The notes under the pieces are model-generated. The model was not told the DNA's origin. It saw only the letters and a list, made by a program, of their open reading frames with translations, and searched no databases. Below, piece after piece: positions 38,836-47,667 of a stretch of DNA of 64,000 nucleotides. The stretch lies in NCBI GenBank assembly GCA_965197585.1, contig OZ240215.1, forward strand, positions 2,496,001-2,560,000, given 5' to 3'. Origin of the DNA: Dehalococcoidia bacterium. Lineage in GTDB: Bacteria; Chloroflexota; Dehalococcoidia; Plut-88900. The stretch's first letter is position 1, and each line of letters starts with the position of its first letter. The position numbers and the translations under genes are program-made.

Positions 38836-40371
38836 TTACCCACCCCTTTTCCGCTTTACCGACCGGCCCAAGGCCACAAGGAACATCACGCTCATCCCCT
38901 CGGCCGCCGGCCCAAAGAACTTAATAACCTCGTCGTCGTAGAAGGTCAGCCCGCTCGCCCCGAACCCCATCCCGTAGGCCATCAGGTACAACCGACCCCC
39001 TATTATCCCCGACTCCAGCTGTGCCATCCGATACCCTCGGTTCCCGAAAGCATCCAACACCTGTTTCAAGTCCGACAGCATGTACACGTCGACACTGGCG
39101 TCGGCGGGGATCTGCTGATCAAGGCCCAGGTGCCCCGCCTCCCCCCTGAAATCACCCTCCTTTAGCAGTTCCAGCCCGTGCTCCCCACGATCATAGCGGT
39201 ACGCCCCCGAGGCCAAACCCTCGACCGCGTTGACTATCAGGAACAGCTCGTTCATAGACGCCCCGTACGGCGACAGGAAATCGGCGTCGATCCCCCTCGT
39301 TGAGAAGTGCAGAGCCGCCGACAGCTCCTCTATCGAGATCGGGTCTTGAGCAAACGTCCTCGTAGAACCCCGGCGCAAGATGGTCTCCTCCAGACCCCGC
39401 ACCCTTACGTCTCCTTCTCGCGGCAGCTGCACCATGTTGCCCGCAGTTTCGTATGATCGCGATGCCGGTGTCCTGCCCCTCAAGTCTGCCAATTCCTTCG
39501 GCGACTCCAGTGACGAGCTTCTATTCATTCCATAGATCGCCGGGTATTCCACCATCTTCGGCGAAAGAGGCTCGATAGGCATTTCCAGCGCATCCATCGG
39601 GAGGGAAGCCGCGGGTGTAGCCTCCGAGGTCCTCCCCAACGGCACCAGCGCTACGACCGATTCCTTCTCAGCCTCCAGCCCCAACAGTCGATGCACTTCC
39701 TCGTCCACAAACGAGGTAACTACCTTCGAAGGCACCGCGGCCCCCGACGTCGCAGCCAGAGTGTTGGCCAGCAAAGTCCCCGCATCCCAGAAAGCATGCC
39801 TGTACGCCCGCGCCCCGTACTTCCAGGCGTTCCGCCAGTGCGTGTCCGCAAGCACAAGCGTAACCGGAGCTTCTACTACCGACGCCTCGTGCCCCGACGC
39901 CCTTGCCAGCACACCCCGGTAGTCGCCCTCCCTTAGTCGCACCAGCCCGAAGTCGTTAGGCCCGAAGTGGTACACCCCTGCATCCAGGCCTGGCAGGTTC
40001 CCACACACCACGTACAAGTCGATGTGATAAAGGGCCCCGGTGCAGGCCGCAGCCCGGAAATACAATTCCCCGCCGGGGTAGGGCTTTCTCTTCGTGATCC
40101 CCCCCGAGAGATACAGGACCCGGGCCAGCGTGCCCAGGTCCGGCATCGACGCCGTGTCGTGAGCCAGGGGCTCCGCGCCAACCGTCTCAGTTACGTTCGC
40201 CGTTATGGGACTGCCGTCCGTGGGCAACCGGACGCTATCGACGTCCTTGTAGATCTTGAAAGGAAGTGGTTGGTTCGGCCAGTCCAGTCCATGACCGCTC
40301 CGTACACTCCAGTAAGAGTGCTTGGTAGCGTTATGGTATTCCAGGGCTGCAGAACCGTCGCGATTGCCCAT
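38836..40371 (-). CDS. SagB/ThcOx-like double nitroreductase-fold protein
   Basis: YHNATKH, FRAAACTGALY, WKYGARAYR...DAG, second domain ILRRGSTR. Confidence 0.85.
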   Translation of the reverse strand: MGNRDGSAALEYHNATKHSYWSVRSGHGLDWPNQPLPFKIYKDVDSVRLPTDGSPITANVTETVGAEPLAHDTASMPDLGTLARVLYLSGGITKRKPYPGGELYFRAAACTGALYHIDLYVVCGNLPGLDAGVYHFGPNDFGLVRLREGDYRGVLARASGHEASVVEAPVTLVLADTHWRNAWKYGARAYRHAFWDAGTLLANTLAATSGAAVPSKVVTSFVDEEVHRLLGLEAEKESVVALVPLGRTSEATPAASLPMDALEMPIEPLSPKMVEYPAIYGMNRSSSLESPKELADLRGRTPASRSYETAGNMVQLPREGDVRVRGLEETILRRGSTRTFAQDPISIEELSAALHFSTRGIDADFLSPYGASMNELFLIVNAVEGLASGAYRYDRGEHGLELLKEGDFRGEAGHLGLDQQIPADASVDVYMLSDLKQVLDAFGNRGYRMAQLESGIIGGRLYLMAYGMGFGASGLTFYDDEVIKFFGPAAEGMSVMFLVALGRSVKRKRGG

Positions 40372-40466
40372 ACTCACCTTGGTAAAGGGGATATCGGAAA
40401 AGCCGCTGCGAGTATATCAAACTACCGTTGGCGGCAATTGCAAAATGCTGCAGCCTCGGTTGGGCC

Positions 40467-41936
40467 TCACACCGGCGCCCGCAGGTGCCTCCACCCCATG
40501 GATTGCTCGTACGCATAGGCCGCACGGAATATCGTCGGCTCCCCGAATGGCTTCGCCATGATCTGCATCCCGACCGGCAGCCCGAAGGAAAACCCCGCCG
40601 GCACCGAGATTGACGGTATACCCGCTATGTTAGCCGGGATCGTGCAGATATCACTCAGGTACATCTGCACCGGGTCGTCCGTCTTATCTCCGAGGGCGAA
40701 GGCCGGTGTTGGGCAGGTTGGCGCAATTAGCGCGTCGTACCGCTCAAACGCTTCGTCGAACTCCCGCCTGATCAGCGTCCTCACCTTCTGCGCCTTCAGG
40801 TAATAGGCATCGTAATACCCCGACGACAGCGCGTAAGTCCCGAGCATGATCCGCCGCTTCACCTCCGGCCCAAACCCCTGTTGCCGCGTCTTCTCCATCG
40901 CGTCCCACATGTTCTCCGCATCCTGCGCCGAGTAGCCGTACTTCACCCCGTCATACCTCGCCAGGTTCGCCGAAGCCTCAGACGGTGCGATTATGTAGTA
41001 CACCGCCAAAGCATATTTCGTGTGTGGCAGTGATACCTCCCGGTCGACCTCGGCCCCCAGCTCCTCCAGCTTCGCCAGTGCCCTTTCCATCACGTCCACC
41101 ACATCCCTCCCTATCCCCTCGACGAAGTATTCCTTCGGCACCCCGATTCGCATCCCCTTGATGTCTGGGAGCAGGGCCTCGGTGTAGTCGGGAGGCTGAA
41201 ATGGCACGGACGTCGAGTCCCGGGCATCGTGCCCTGCGATGGCGTTCATCACCAGGGCGCTGTCCGTCACGTCCTTGGTCACCGGCCCTATCTGGTCCAG
41301 TGAGCTCCCGAAAGCGACCAAACCGTACCTGCTCACTGCGCCGTAGGTCGGCTTCAGCCCTACCACCCCGCAGAACGACGCCGGTTGCCGGATGCTTCCT
41401 CCAGTGTCGGACCCCAGTGAGTACATCGCCTCCCCTGCCGCCACCGCTGCCGTCGCTCCCCCGCTGCTCCCCCCCGGCACCCGACCCAGGTCCCAGGGAT
41501 TGTGCGTAGTGTAAAAAGCCGAGTTTTCCGTCGACGACCCCATAGCGAATTCGTCCAGGTTCCCCTTGCCCACCAACACCGCCCCCGATTCCCGCAGCTG
41601 CTCTGCCACGTGGGCGTTGTAGGGTGGAACGAATTTCTCCAGCATCTTGGACGAGCACGTAGTTCGGATGCCGGTGGTGCAGATGTTGTCCTTGAGCATC
41701 ATCGGCACGCCATCCAGCGGCCCCTGCCTTCCCGACGCAGCCCTGTCGTCTGCGGCCTTGGCGTCGGCCAAAGCCCTTTCGCCCGTGACGGTAACGAAGG
41801 CCCGCACCCTCTCGTCCACGTTCTCGATGCGACCCAAGACCGCCTCGGTTAGCTCCGTAGACGTGATCTCCCGCGCCGCGAGAAGGTCCGCCGCGTCGTG
41901 AAGGGTGAGGTCGTGAAGGGGTTGCTGTCTGCTCAT
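40467..41936 (-). CDS. gatA: Asp/Glu-tRNA amidotransferase subunit A
   Basis: GGSSGG, GSDTGGSIRQP, NLARYDG, EVKRRIMLGTY. Confidence 0.97.
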   Translation of the reverse strand: MSRQQPLHDLTLHDAADLLAAREITSTELTEAVLGRIENVDERVRAFVTVTGERALADAKAADDRAASGRQGPLDGVPMMLKDNICTTGIRTTCSSKMLEKFVPPYNAHVAEQLRESGAVLVGKGNLDEFAMGSSTENSAFYTTHNPWDLGRVPGGSSGGATAAVAAGEAMYSLGSDTGGSIRQPASFCGVVGLKPTYGAVSRYGLVAFGSSLDQIGPVTKDVTDSALVMNAIAGHDARDSTSVPFQPPDYTEALLPDIKGMRIGVPKEYFVEGIGRDVVDVMERALAKLEELGAEVDREVSLPHTKYALAVYYIIAPSEASANLARYDGVKYGYSAQDAENMWDAMEKTRQQGFGPEVKRRIMLGTYALSSGYYDAYYLKAQKVRTLIRREFDEAFERYDALIAPTCPTPAFALGDKTDDPVQMYLSDICTIPANIAGIPSISVPAGFSFGLPVGMQIMAKPFGEPTIFRAAYAYEQSMGWRHLRAPV

Positions 41937-41944
41937 GGGTCAGG

Positions 41945-42232
41945 TCAACCGAGGACCGGCTTGACCCTGAAATAGTCGTCGTCTCTGCGTGGGGCGTTGG
42001 CCAAAACATCCTGCGAGGGCAGAGACGGGCGGTCTTCGTCGTCCCTGAAGACGCTGGATACGTCTACGGTGTGAGAAGTTGGGGGAACGCCCTCCGTATC
42101 CACCTCTTTGAGCACCCTGAACTGCTCCAATATATGGGACAGCTGCCCCCCGAAGGTCTCCAGGTCTTCCTCGGTCATCCCGACCCGGGCCAACAGGGCT
42201 ATGTGCTCTACTTCCTCTCGACTTAATAGCAT
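41945..42232 (-). CDS. gatC: Asp/Glu-tRNA amidotransferase subunit C
   Basis: EEVEHIALLAR, VDTEGVPPT, LANAP...YFRV. Confidence 0.95.
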   Translation of the reverse strand: MLLSREEVEHIALLARVGMTEEDLETFGGQLSHILEQFRVLKEVDTEGVPPTSHTVDVSSVFRDDEDRPSLPSQDVLANAPRRDDDYFRVKPVLG

Positions 42233-42687
42233 GGCTCCCCCAAGTACGCCATTATATACCACCTACTCCCTCCATAATTCCGCCCCCCGAGCCAGTCGCA
42301 GTTGCGCCGAGACATGAATCTATCTCCTGGCGGGGCCGCTCATCCTGAGCACCGTCGAAGGGTCGAGCGGGGGGAGTGACCCCGTAGTGACAACGCCTCG
42401 TGGTTACCCGACACCACCCCACCCCATTCTCCCCCGCCATCCCGCCCCTTACAGCGTCATCCCACCCATTACACTGTCGTTCCGAGGCCCCGCGAGGAAT
42501 CTGGGGCGGGGAGTCCGGTCCCCTCTCCATTCGAGGGGAGAGGGCTAGGGTGAGGGTGATTCCCTCCCCCGATCTCGCACCCCACGCAGAGCCTCCGAAA
42601 GAATGGAGGTAAACACCAGCCACAAACTCAGCTAAAATACATCGTCCGCAGACAAGATCTAACCCCACAACCTAAAGGCAGGAAATC

Positions 42688-43098
42688 ATGTCCCTAAACG
42701 TATACCTCCACTTCAACGGCAACTGCCGTGAGGCTTTTGAGTTCTACCGTTCAATCTTCGGCGGCGAGTTCGATCTCATCACCACCTTCGGCGACGGCCC
42801 CCCGGAAATGCAGATTCCGGAGGAAGAGCGAGATGGCATCATGCACGTCTCCTATACCATCGGCGACAACGTGCTCATGGGCAGCGACATGCCATCTAAT
42901 TTTGGCATGACCGTTAATCAGGGTAACAACTTCTCCCTCTCCTACGCCCCCGCCAGCAGGGAGGAGACCGACCAACTCTTCGCCAAGCTGTCGGAGGGCG
43001 GCAGCGTAAGCATGCCTCTGGGCGACATGTTCTGGGGCTCCTACTTCGGTGCCTGCACCGATAAGTTCGGCATCAACTGGATGCTCGACTTCGGTTAG
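42688..43098 (+). CDS. PhnB-like VOC protein
   Basis: YLHFNGNCREAFEFY, MGSD, FWG..FG...DKFGINW. Confidence 0.9.
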   Translation: MSLNVYLHFNGNCREAFEFYRSIFGGEFDLITTFGDGPPEMQIPEEERDGIMHVSYTIGDNVLMGSDMPSNFGMTVNQGNNFSLSYAPASREETDQLFAKLSEGGSVSMPLGDMFWGSYFGACTDKFGINWMLDFG

Positions 43099-43356
43099 AG
43101 TTGACCGCCCGCACCGCTGGGAAGCTGCCTCGTAATTCCGGCCCCTCATACCCTTAACCGTCCTTAGGGCGGGGAATTCCGCTCGCCCTGTCGAAGATGC
43201 TGCAAGGGGAACGTCAGCCTCGGGAGGATGCGCCTTTGGCGTGCGCCGTGGCGTAAGCTTAGTCGAAGCCTGTCCTGAGTCTCTCGAAGAGGGTCTCTAG
43301 GGCGGAATGGGGTGGCGCAGTCCCTGTTACTCACCGTGAGTCCGTTCACATAGAGA

Positions 43357-44062
43357 GTGACATCACCCTCTTGACTTTATAAGACGTATGTTCTATATTG
43401 GAAATAGTCTAGACCACCTAACCCAACCACCTTAAGGAGGTACCGCACAACCTAGGGAAGCCCACTCGACCCACCGAGGACTCAACACCCAAGCCCATCC
43501 CAAAGGCCCTCGCGCAGGCCCGCGGCACAAGCAACCGGTGCCATCTCCTCATCCCCATCGGGTCCCGTGCCCTCTTCCCTGACACCCAGGCGATGGAAGA
43601 CATCCTGGACTCACCCCGGCACAGGCCCTCCTGAGTGAAGGGCCGTCGCAGCCGATGTAGCCCACTCTTTATCCGGCGCCGGCCTTCCTCTAATGGAAGG
43701 CCGTATAGATGGGCCATAACAGCCGAAAGATGCAGCGCCTTCCTTGCAGGGCGCACTACGTGGCCGGCATTGACCTTGCCGGCGAATCGAAAGAGCCCCC
43801 CAACGTGGGGCTACAAGGGCCATCGAGCCCTTCTGGTGGACGGGGAACCCCCACACCGGGAGATTCTCTCCACCCCGACCGCCTTCACAAACACAAGTGG
43901 GGTGAGCAGGTCGGCCTCCCGCCCCCTGCGCCCGAGTCCCGGACCTTCCATTGCCTGCCCCCTCCCAACAGACAGAACGGAAACCGAAACCCCACAATCG
44001 AAGATGGAACATCCGCCTCTGGAGGACTGAATAAAAGGCCGGTGTGTCGCTAACCTACTGGA
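43357..44062 (+). ncRNA. Candidate large structured ncRNA element, copy 2
   Basis: Promoter TTGACT-17-TATATT, long-range stem 43587-43612/43934-43957, ends conserved with copy 1. Confidence 0.55.
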
Positions 44063-44186
44063 CGAGTACTCACCACCGCCGCCCCCCACCCCAATGTTGT
44101 ATTATTGCCCGCAGGCCCCGAGGCCACGTAGTCGGCAGGCGCAGGGCGGTCTCGTAAATTAATACTATCGGTAGGAATACAAGCAA

Positions 44187-45536
44187 ATGCCAGAAGACGA
44201 CAACAATGTCCTTGATGCCGTAATTGTGGGAGCGGGGATAGCGGGATTGACTGCTGCCTACCGGCTTAAAGACAAGAACATCCTTGTCCTCGAAAAAGAG
44301 GATGTGTGCGGCGGCCGCACCGTCTCCCGCAAGATGGGCGAATACGTTTACAACACCGGTGCCCAGGTCGTCCTAGGCGACGAAAGCGAAACGGCAAAGC
44401 TCGCCCGGGAAATCGGAGTCGAAAAGACCCTCATCGGCAAGACCCGCATGCCCATGCACATGAAGGGCAAGCTCATCACAGCCCCCCTCAAACCCAAGAC
44501 CCTGGGTGAACCGCTCTTCCTCTGGCGATTGCCAATACCTTTCTTCGAAAAAGTGAAGATAGGCCTCAAGGTCCTCCGAATCCGCCGCCGATACAGCGAG
44601 CTCGTAGACCAGGAGCCCGACCCCTATAACAAGAAGACCCAGGAGCTCTCCTCCGAGACCCTCGAAAGCTTTATGGGCGCCTATCACCCCGATATCCGCG
44701 CCATCTGGGACACCCTCTCCAAGGGCGCCAACACCGTCACCGCAGACCAGGTTGCCGCCTTCCAGCCCATCAACACCTTCCTCCATTTCGCAGAGGACGA
44801 GTATTACGTTAACGGCGGCACCTGGGAGCTGACCAAGGCCCTCTGGGACAAAGTCAAAGACAAGACCGAGACTTCCGCAAGCGTCGACGAGATAGTCCAC
44901 GAAAACGGTACCGTACGCGTCACCTATGACCACGCCGGCCAACGTACGTCCGTCACCGCCCGACGTTGCGTAATCGCAATCCCTGGCCCCCTCGTGTCGC
45001 CTATTGTCAAGGATATGCCTCAATGGAAGCGCGATGTCCTTGCCAAGGTCGACTTCGGCGCCATGACCTCCGCCGGTTTCCTCCTTAGCGAAAATTCGGA
45101 GCGATTCCTCGGCGAAGGCGTCTGGCGCGTACCAATTGTCGGCAAGAAGATCGTCTCCGTGACCAATCCCACCTTCACCTTCCCCAAGGAGGTCAAACAG
45201 CGCACGGGCCAGGGCCTCCTGCGGGTCTATACGGGTGACAAGGCTTCCAAGGAGCTCCAGCAGATGTCTGACGGCGAAGCCCTTGAAGTCCTCACTGAGG
45301 AGCTTGTCTCCGCCTTCCCTGACATAGCGGGCAAGATCGTGGAAACCTCCATAAAGCACTGGCCTAATGCCATCAGCCCCTGGCGCGTGGGCCGACTCGA
45401 AATCGCCGAGCAGATCAAGCAGCCCACGGGTCGCATTCATTACTGCGGCGATTACACCGTCAGCGGTGGCCTGGAGGCCGCCGTCCTTTCCGCATACCGC
45501 ATCCTGCGTGAAATGGAAACTGAACCCGCCGCCTAA
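44187..45536 (+). CDS. FAD-dependent amine oxidase / protoporphyrinogen oxidase-like (paralog 1)
   Basis: GAGIAGL, LEK...GGR, CGDY...LEAAVLS. Confidence 0.85.
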   Translation: MPEDDNNVLDAVIVGAGIAGLTAAYRLKDKNILVLEKEDVCGGRTVSRKMGEYVYNTGAQVVLGDESETAKLAREIGVEKTLIGKTRMPMHMKGKLITAPLKPKTLGEPLFLWRLPIPFFEKVKIGLKVLRIRRRYSELVDQEPDPYNKKTQELSSETLESFMGAYHPDIRAIWDTLSKGANTVTADQVAAFQPINTFLHFAEDEYYVNGGTWELTKALWDKVKDKTETSASVDEIVHENGTVRVTYDHAGQRTSVTARRCVIAIPGPLVSPIVKDMPQWKRDVLAKVDFGAMTSAGFLLSENSERFLGEGVWRVPIVGKKIVSVTNPTFTFPKEVKQRTGQGLLRVYTGDKASKELQQMSDGEALEVLTEELVSAFPDIAGKIVETSIKHWPNAISPWRVGRLEIAEQIKQPTGRIHYCGDYTVSGGLEAAVLSAYRILREMETEPAA

Positions 45537-45553
45537 CCCGCTGCATATATACC

Positions 45554-46888
45554 ATGCCTGATGCCTCAAACTCCCCCGACTCCCTCCTGGACCTGGTCAT
45601 TGTAGGCGGCGGCCTCGCCGGGCTTACCACTGCCTACCGACTGCGTGAGCGGAATATCCTCCTCCTGGAAAAGGAGGATATTCCCGGCGGCCGGACCGAG
45701 TCCCGAGCCCTTGGCCCTTACGTCTACAACGCCGGGGCCCAGGTCGTCCTCGGGGACACGGGCCCCTTGGCCACGCTCGTCGATGAGATAGGAGTCAAGC
45801 GCACCCTGATCGCCAAGTCCAAGCTTCCCCTCTATATGAACGGCAAACTAGTCGCATCCTCCAACGAGTACGGGCTCCTTCTCAAGATGCCCATACCCTT
45901 CCTGGACAAGATCAAGTTCGCCTGGCACATCTGGAAAACCCGGCGAAAATACAGGTCCCTCTTAAACGCCGACTTCGATCCCACCGACCCCAAGGTCATC
46001 GAGCTAAACTCCACCACCGTCGACGAATTCTTAGGCAACGCCCCGAAGTCCGTGCGCGAGTTGTGGGACGTCTTCGCCGTAACCGCCAGCACCATGGGCG
46101 CCGACACCGTCACCCCATTCCACCCCCTCATGGTTATCCTCTTCTTCATGGCCGACGAATATTTCGTCGAGGGCGGCACCAACCAGGTCACCATCGCCCT
46201 CCACCGCCTGCTCGGTGACAAAGCGGTTCTCGGCGCCGAAGTGCTCGAAGTGAAAGAGCTGGAGGATCGAGTCCAGGTCACTTACGACCGCGGAGGCAAG
46301 AAACAGACCGTGCAGGCCCGACGCTGCATCATGGCTACCCCGGCTCCCATAACCCTAAACTGCGCCCAGGACCTCCCCGACTGGAAACGGGAAGCTCTCG
46401 CCAAAATTGAGTACGGCTCCATGACCACCGCGGCATTCCTGGTCGATGAGCTTTCCGAAAATCTCATCGGTAAGGGCGTATGGCGGGTTCCCGTCTCCGG
46501 CCAGAAGGTCTGCGCTATAACTGACCCCTCTTTCACCTATCCCGATGACTACAAGAGCAAGACTGGCATGGGGATCCTGCGCGTATACACCGGCAACGCA
46601 GTTGCCAAGGACCTTATGTCTCGCTCGGACGGCGAAGTGTCGGAAGTCCTGCTCGACGACCTTGTGGAGATGGTCCCTGCCGTCCGTGGCAAGATCGTAG
46701 AGTCGGATGTCGCCCACTGGAACCACGCCATACCTCTCTGGAAACCCGGCCACACCGAGATTTATCCCCTGCTGCAGAAACCCGTCGGCCGGCTCCATTT
46801 CTGCGGCGACTACACCAGCGCCGGGTTTACCAACGGCGCCGTCCAGTCCGGAGACCGAGTCGTCCAAGAGATTAAGGACCAGGACTGA
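45554..46888 (+). CDS. FAD-dependent amine oxidase-like (paralog 2)
   Basis: GGGLAGL, GGRT, CGDY...NGAVQSG. Confidence 0.85.
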   Translation: MPDASNSPDSLLDLVIVGGGLAGLTTAYRLRERNILLLEKEDIPGGRTESRALGPYVYNAGAQVVLGDTGPLATLVDEIGVKRTLIAKSKLPLYMNGKLVASSNEYGLLLKMPIPFLDKIKFAWHIWKTRRKYRSLLNADFDPTDPKVIELNSTTVDEFLGNAPKSVRELWDVFAVTASTMGADTVTPFHPLMVILFFMADEYFVEGGTNQVTIALHRLLGDKAVLGAEVLEVKELEDRVQVTYDRGGKKQTVQARRCIMATPAPITLNCAQDLPDWKREALAKIEYGSMTTAAFLVDELSENLIGKGVWRVPVSGQKVCAITDPSFTYPDDYKSKTGMGILRVYTGNAVAKDLMSRSDGEVSEVLLDDLVEMVPAVRGKIVESDVAHWNHAIPLWKPGHTEIYPLLQKPVGRLHFCGDYTSAGFTNGAVQSGDRVVQEIKDQD

Positions 46889-46902
46889 GACACCCCTACC
46901 CG

Positions 46903-47373
46903 ATGAACGCCGCCAGACCCGCATCCCAGGATAGCCTTCAGTTCAACCGAGAGGTATTAGGCAGAGACTACTTCAAGGCCACCCACGCCGTCACCCGAGA
47001 GATGGTGCTCGGTTTCTCCCGCGCAATCGGAGAGACCAACCCTCTTTTTGTCGACAAAGAAGCCGCCGCCTCGGGTCCCCACGGCGATATCATCGCACCT
47101 CCCTCCTTTGTCGCCTCCTTCGTCCGCCTCGACGAACCCGCAGACCTCAACCTCCGGTTCGATGGCACCATCTACATGGCCGGCCAGTGGGTCGAACCCC
47201 TCCTGCCCGTCCGTCCCGGCGACGTCCTGACCTGCACAGCCCGCGTCACTGATGTCTACCGAAAAACGGGCCGCTCAGGTGACATGGCCTTCATAGTCGT
47301 CGAGCACAACTTCCGCAACCAGAACGGCGAGTTGGTCGCCCGCGCCGGCCGCTCCCACGTCCGCCGCCGCTAA
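46903..47373 (+). CDS. MaoC-like dehydratase N-terminal (hot-dog fold) protein
   Basis: FSRAIGETNP, IAPPSF, PVRPGD, KTGRSG.M, NQNGELV. Confidence 0.85.
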   Translation: MNAARPASQDSLQFNREVLGRDYFKATHAVTREMVLGFSRAIGETNPLFVDKEAAASGPHGDIIAPPSFVASFVRLDEPADLNLRFDGTIYMAGQWVEPLLPVRPGDVLTCTARVTDVYRKTGRSGDMAFIVVEHNFRNQNGELVARAGRSHVRRR

Positions 47374-47499
47374 CCCCCTTCCCTCGGATTGGGGTATTCC
47401 GCTAGCCCTGTCGAAGATGCGCCGTGGCGTGAGCGGAGTCGAAGGGTCTCAAGAGCGGAATGCGGTGGGGCACTACCGCCCCTCATGCCCTTCTCGCCT

Positions 47500-47530
47500 G
47501 TCATCCCGAGGCCCCGCGAGGGATCTAAAG
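47500..47530. repeat. REP-like repeat family C (GTCATCCCGAG-n-GGGATCT)
   Basis: Related copies near 1, 30578, 42275, 42477, 47584, 56842 and 62790. Confidence 0.7.
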
Positions 47531-47667
47531 CGTCGGCCCACAACCCACCTACCTCACCCCATCCTACCTTCCCATCCCACTCCGTCATTCTCGCCCCCGA
47601 GCCGGTCGCAGATGCGCCGAGCCGGAATCCATCCTCCCCTCATACCATCTCTGACAGTTACAGCCCC

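Noticed and set aside
38836-40371. TOMM/RiPP biosynthetic cluster around the SagB-like gene
   Set aside because: No YcaO cyclodehydratase or precursor peptide nearby
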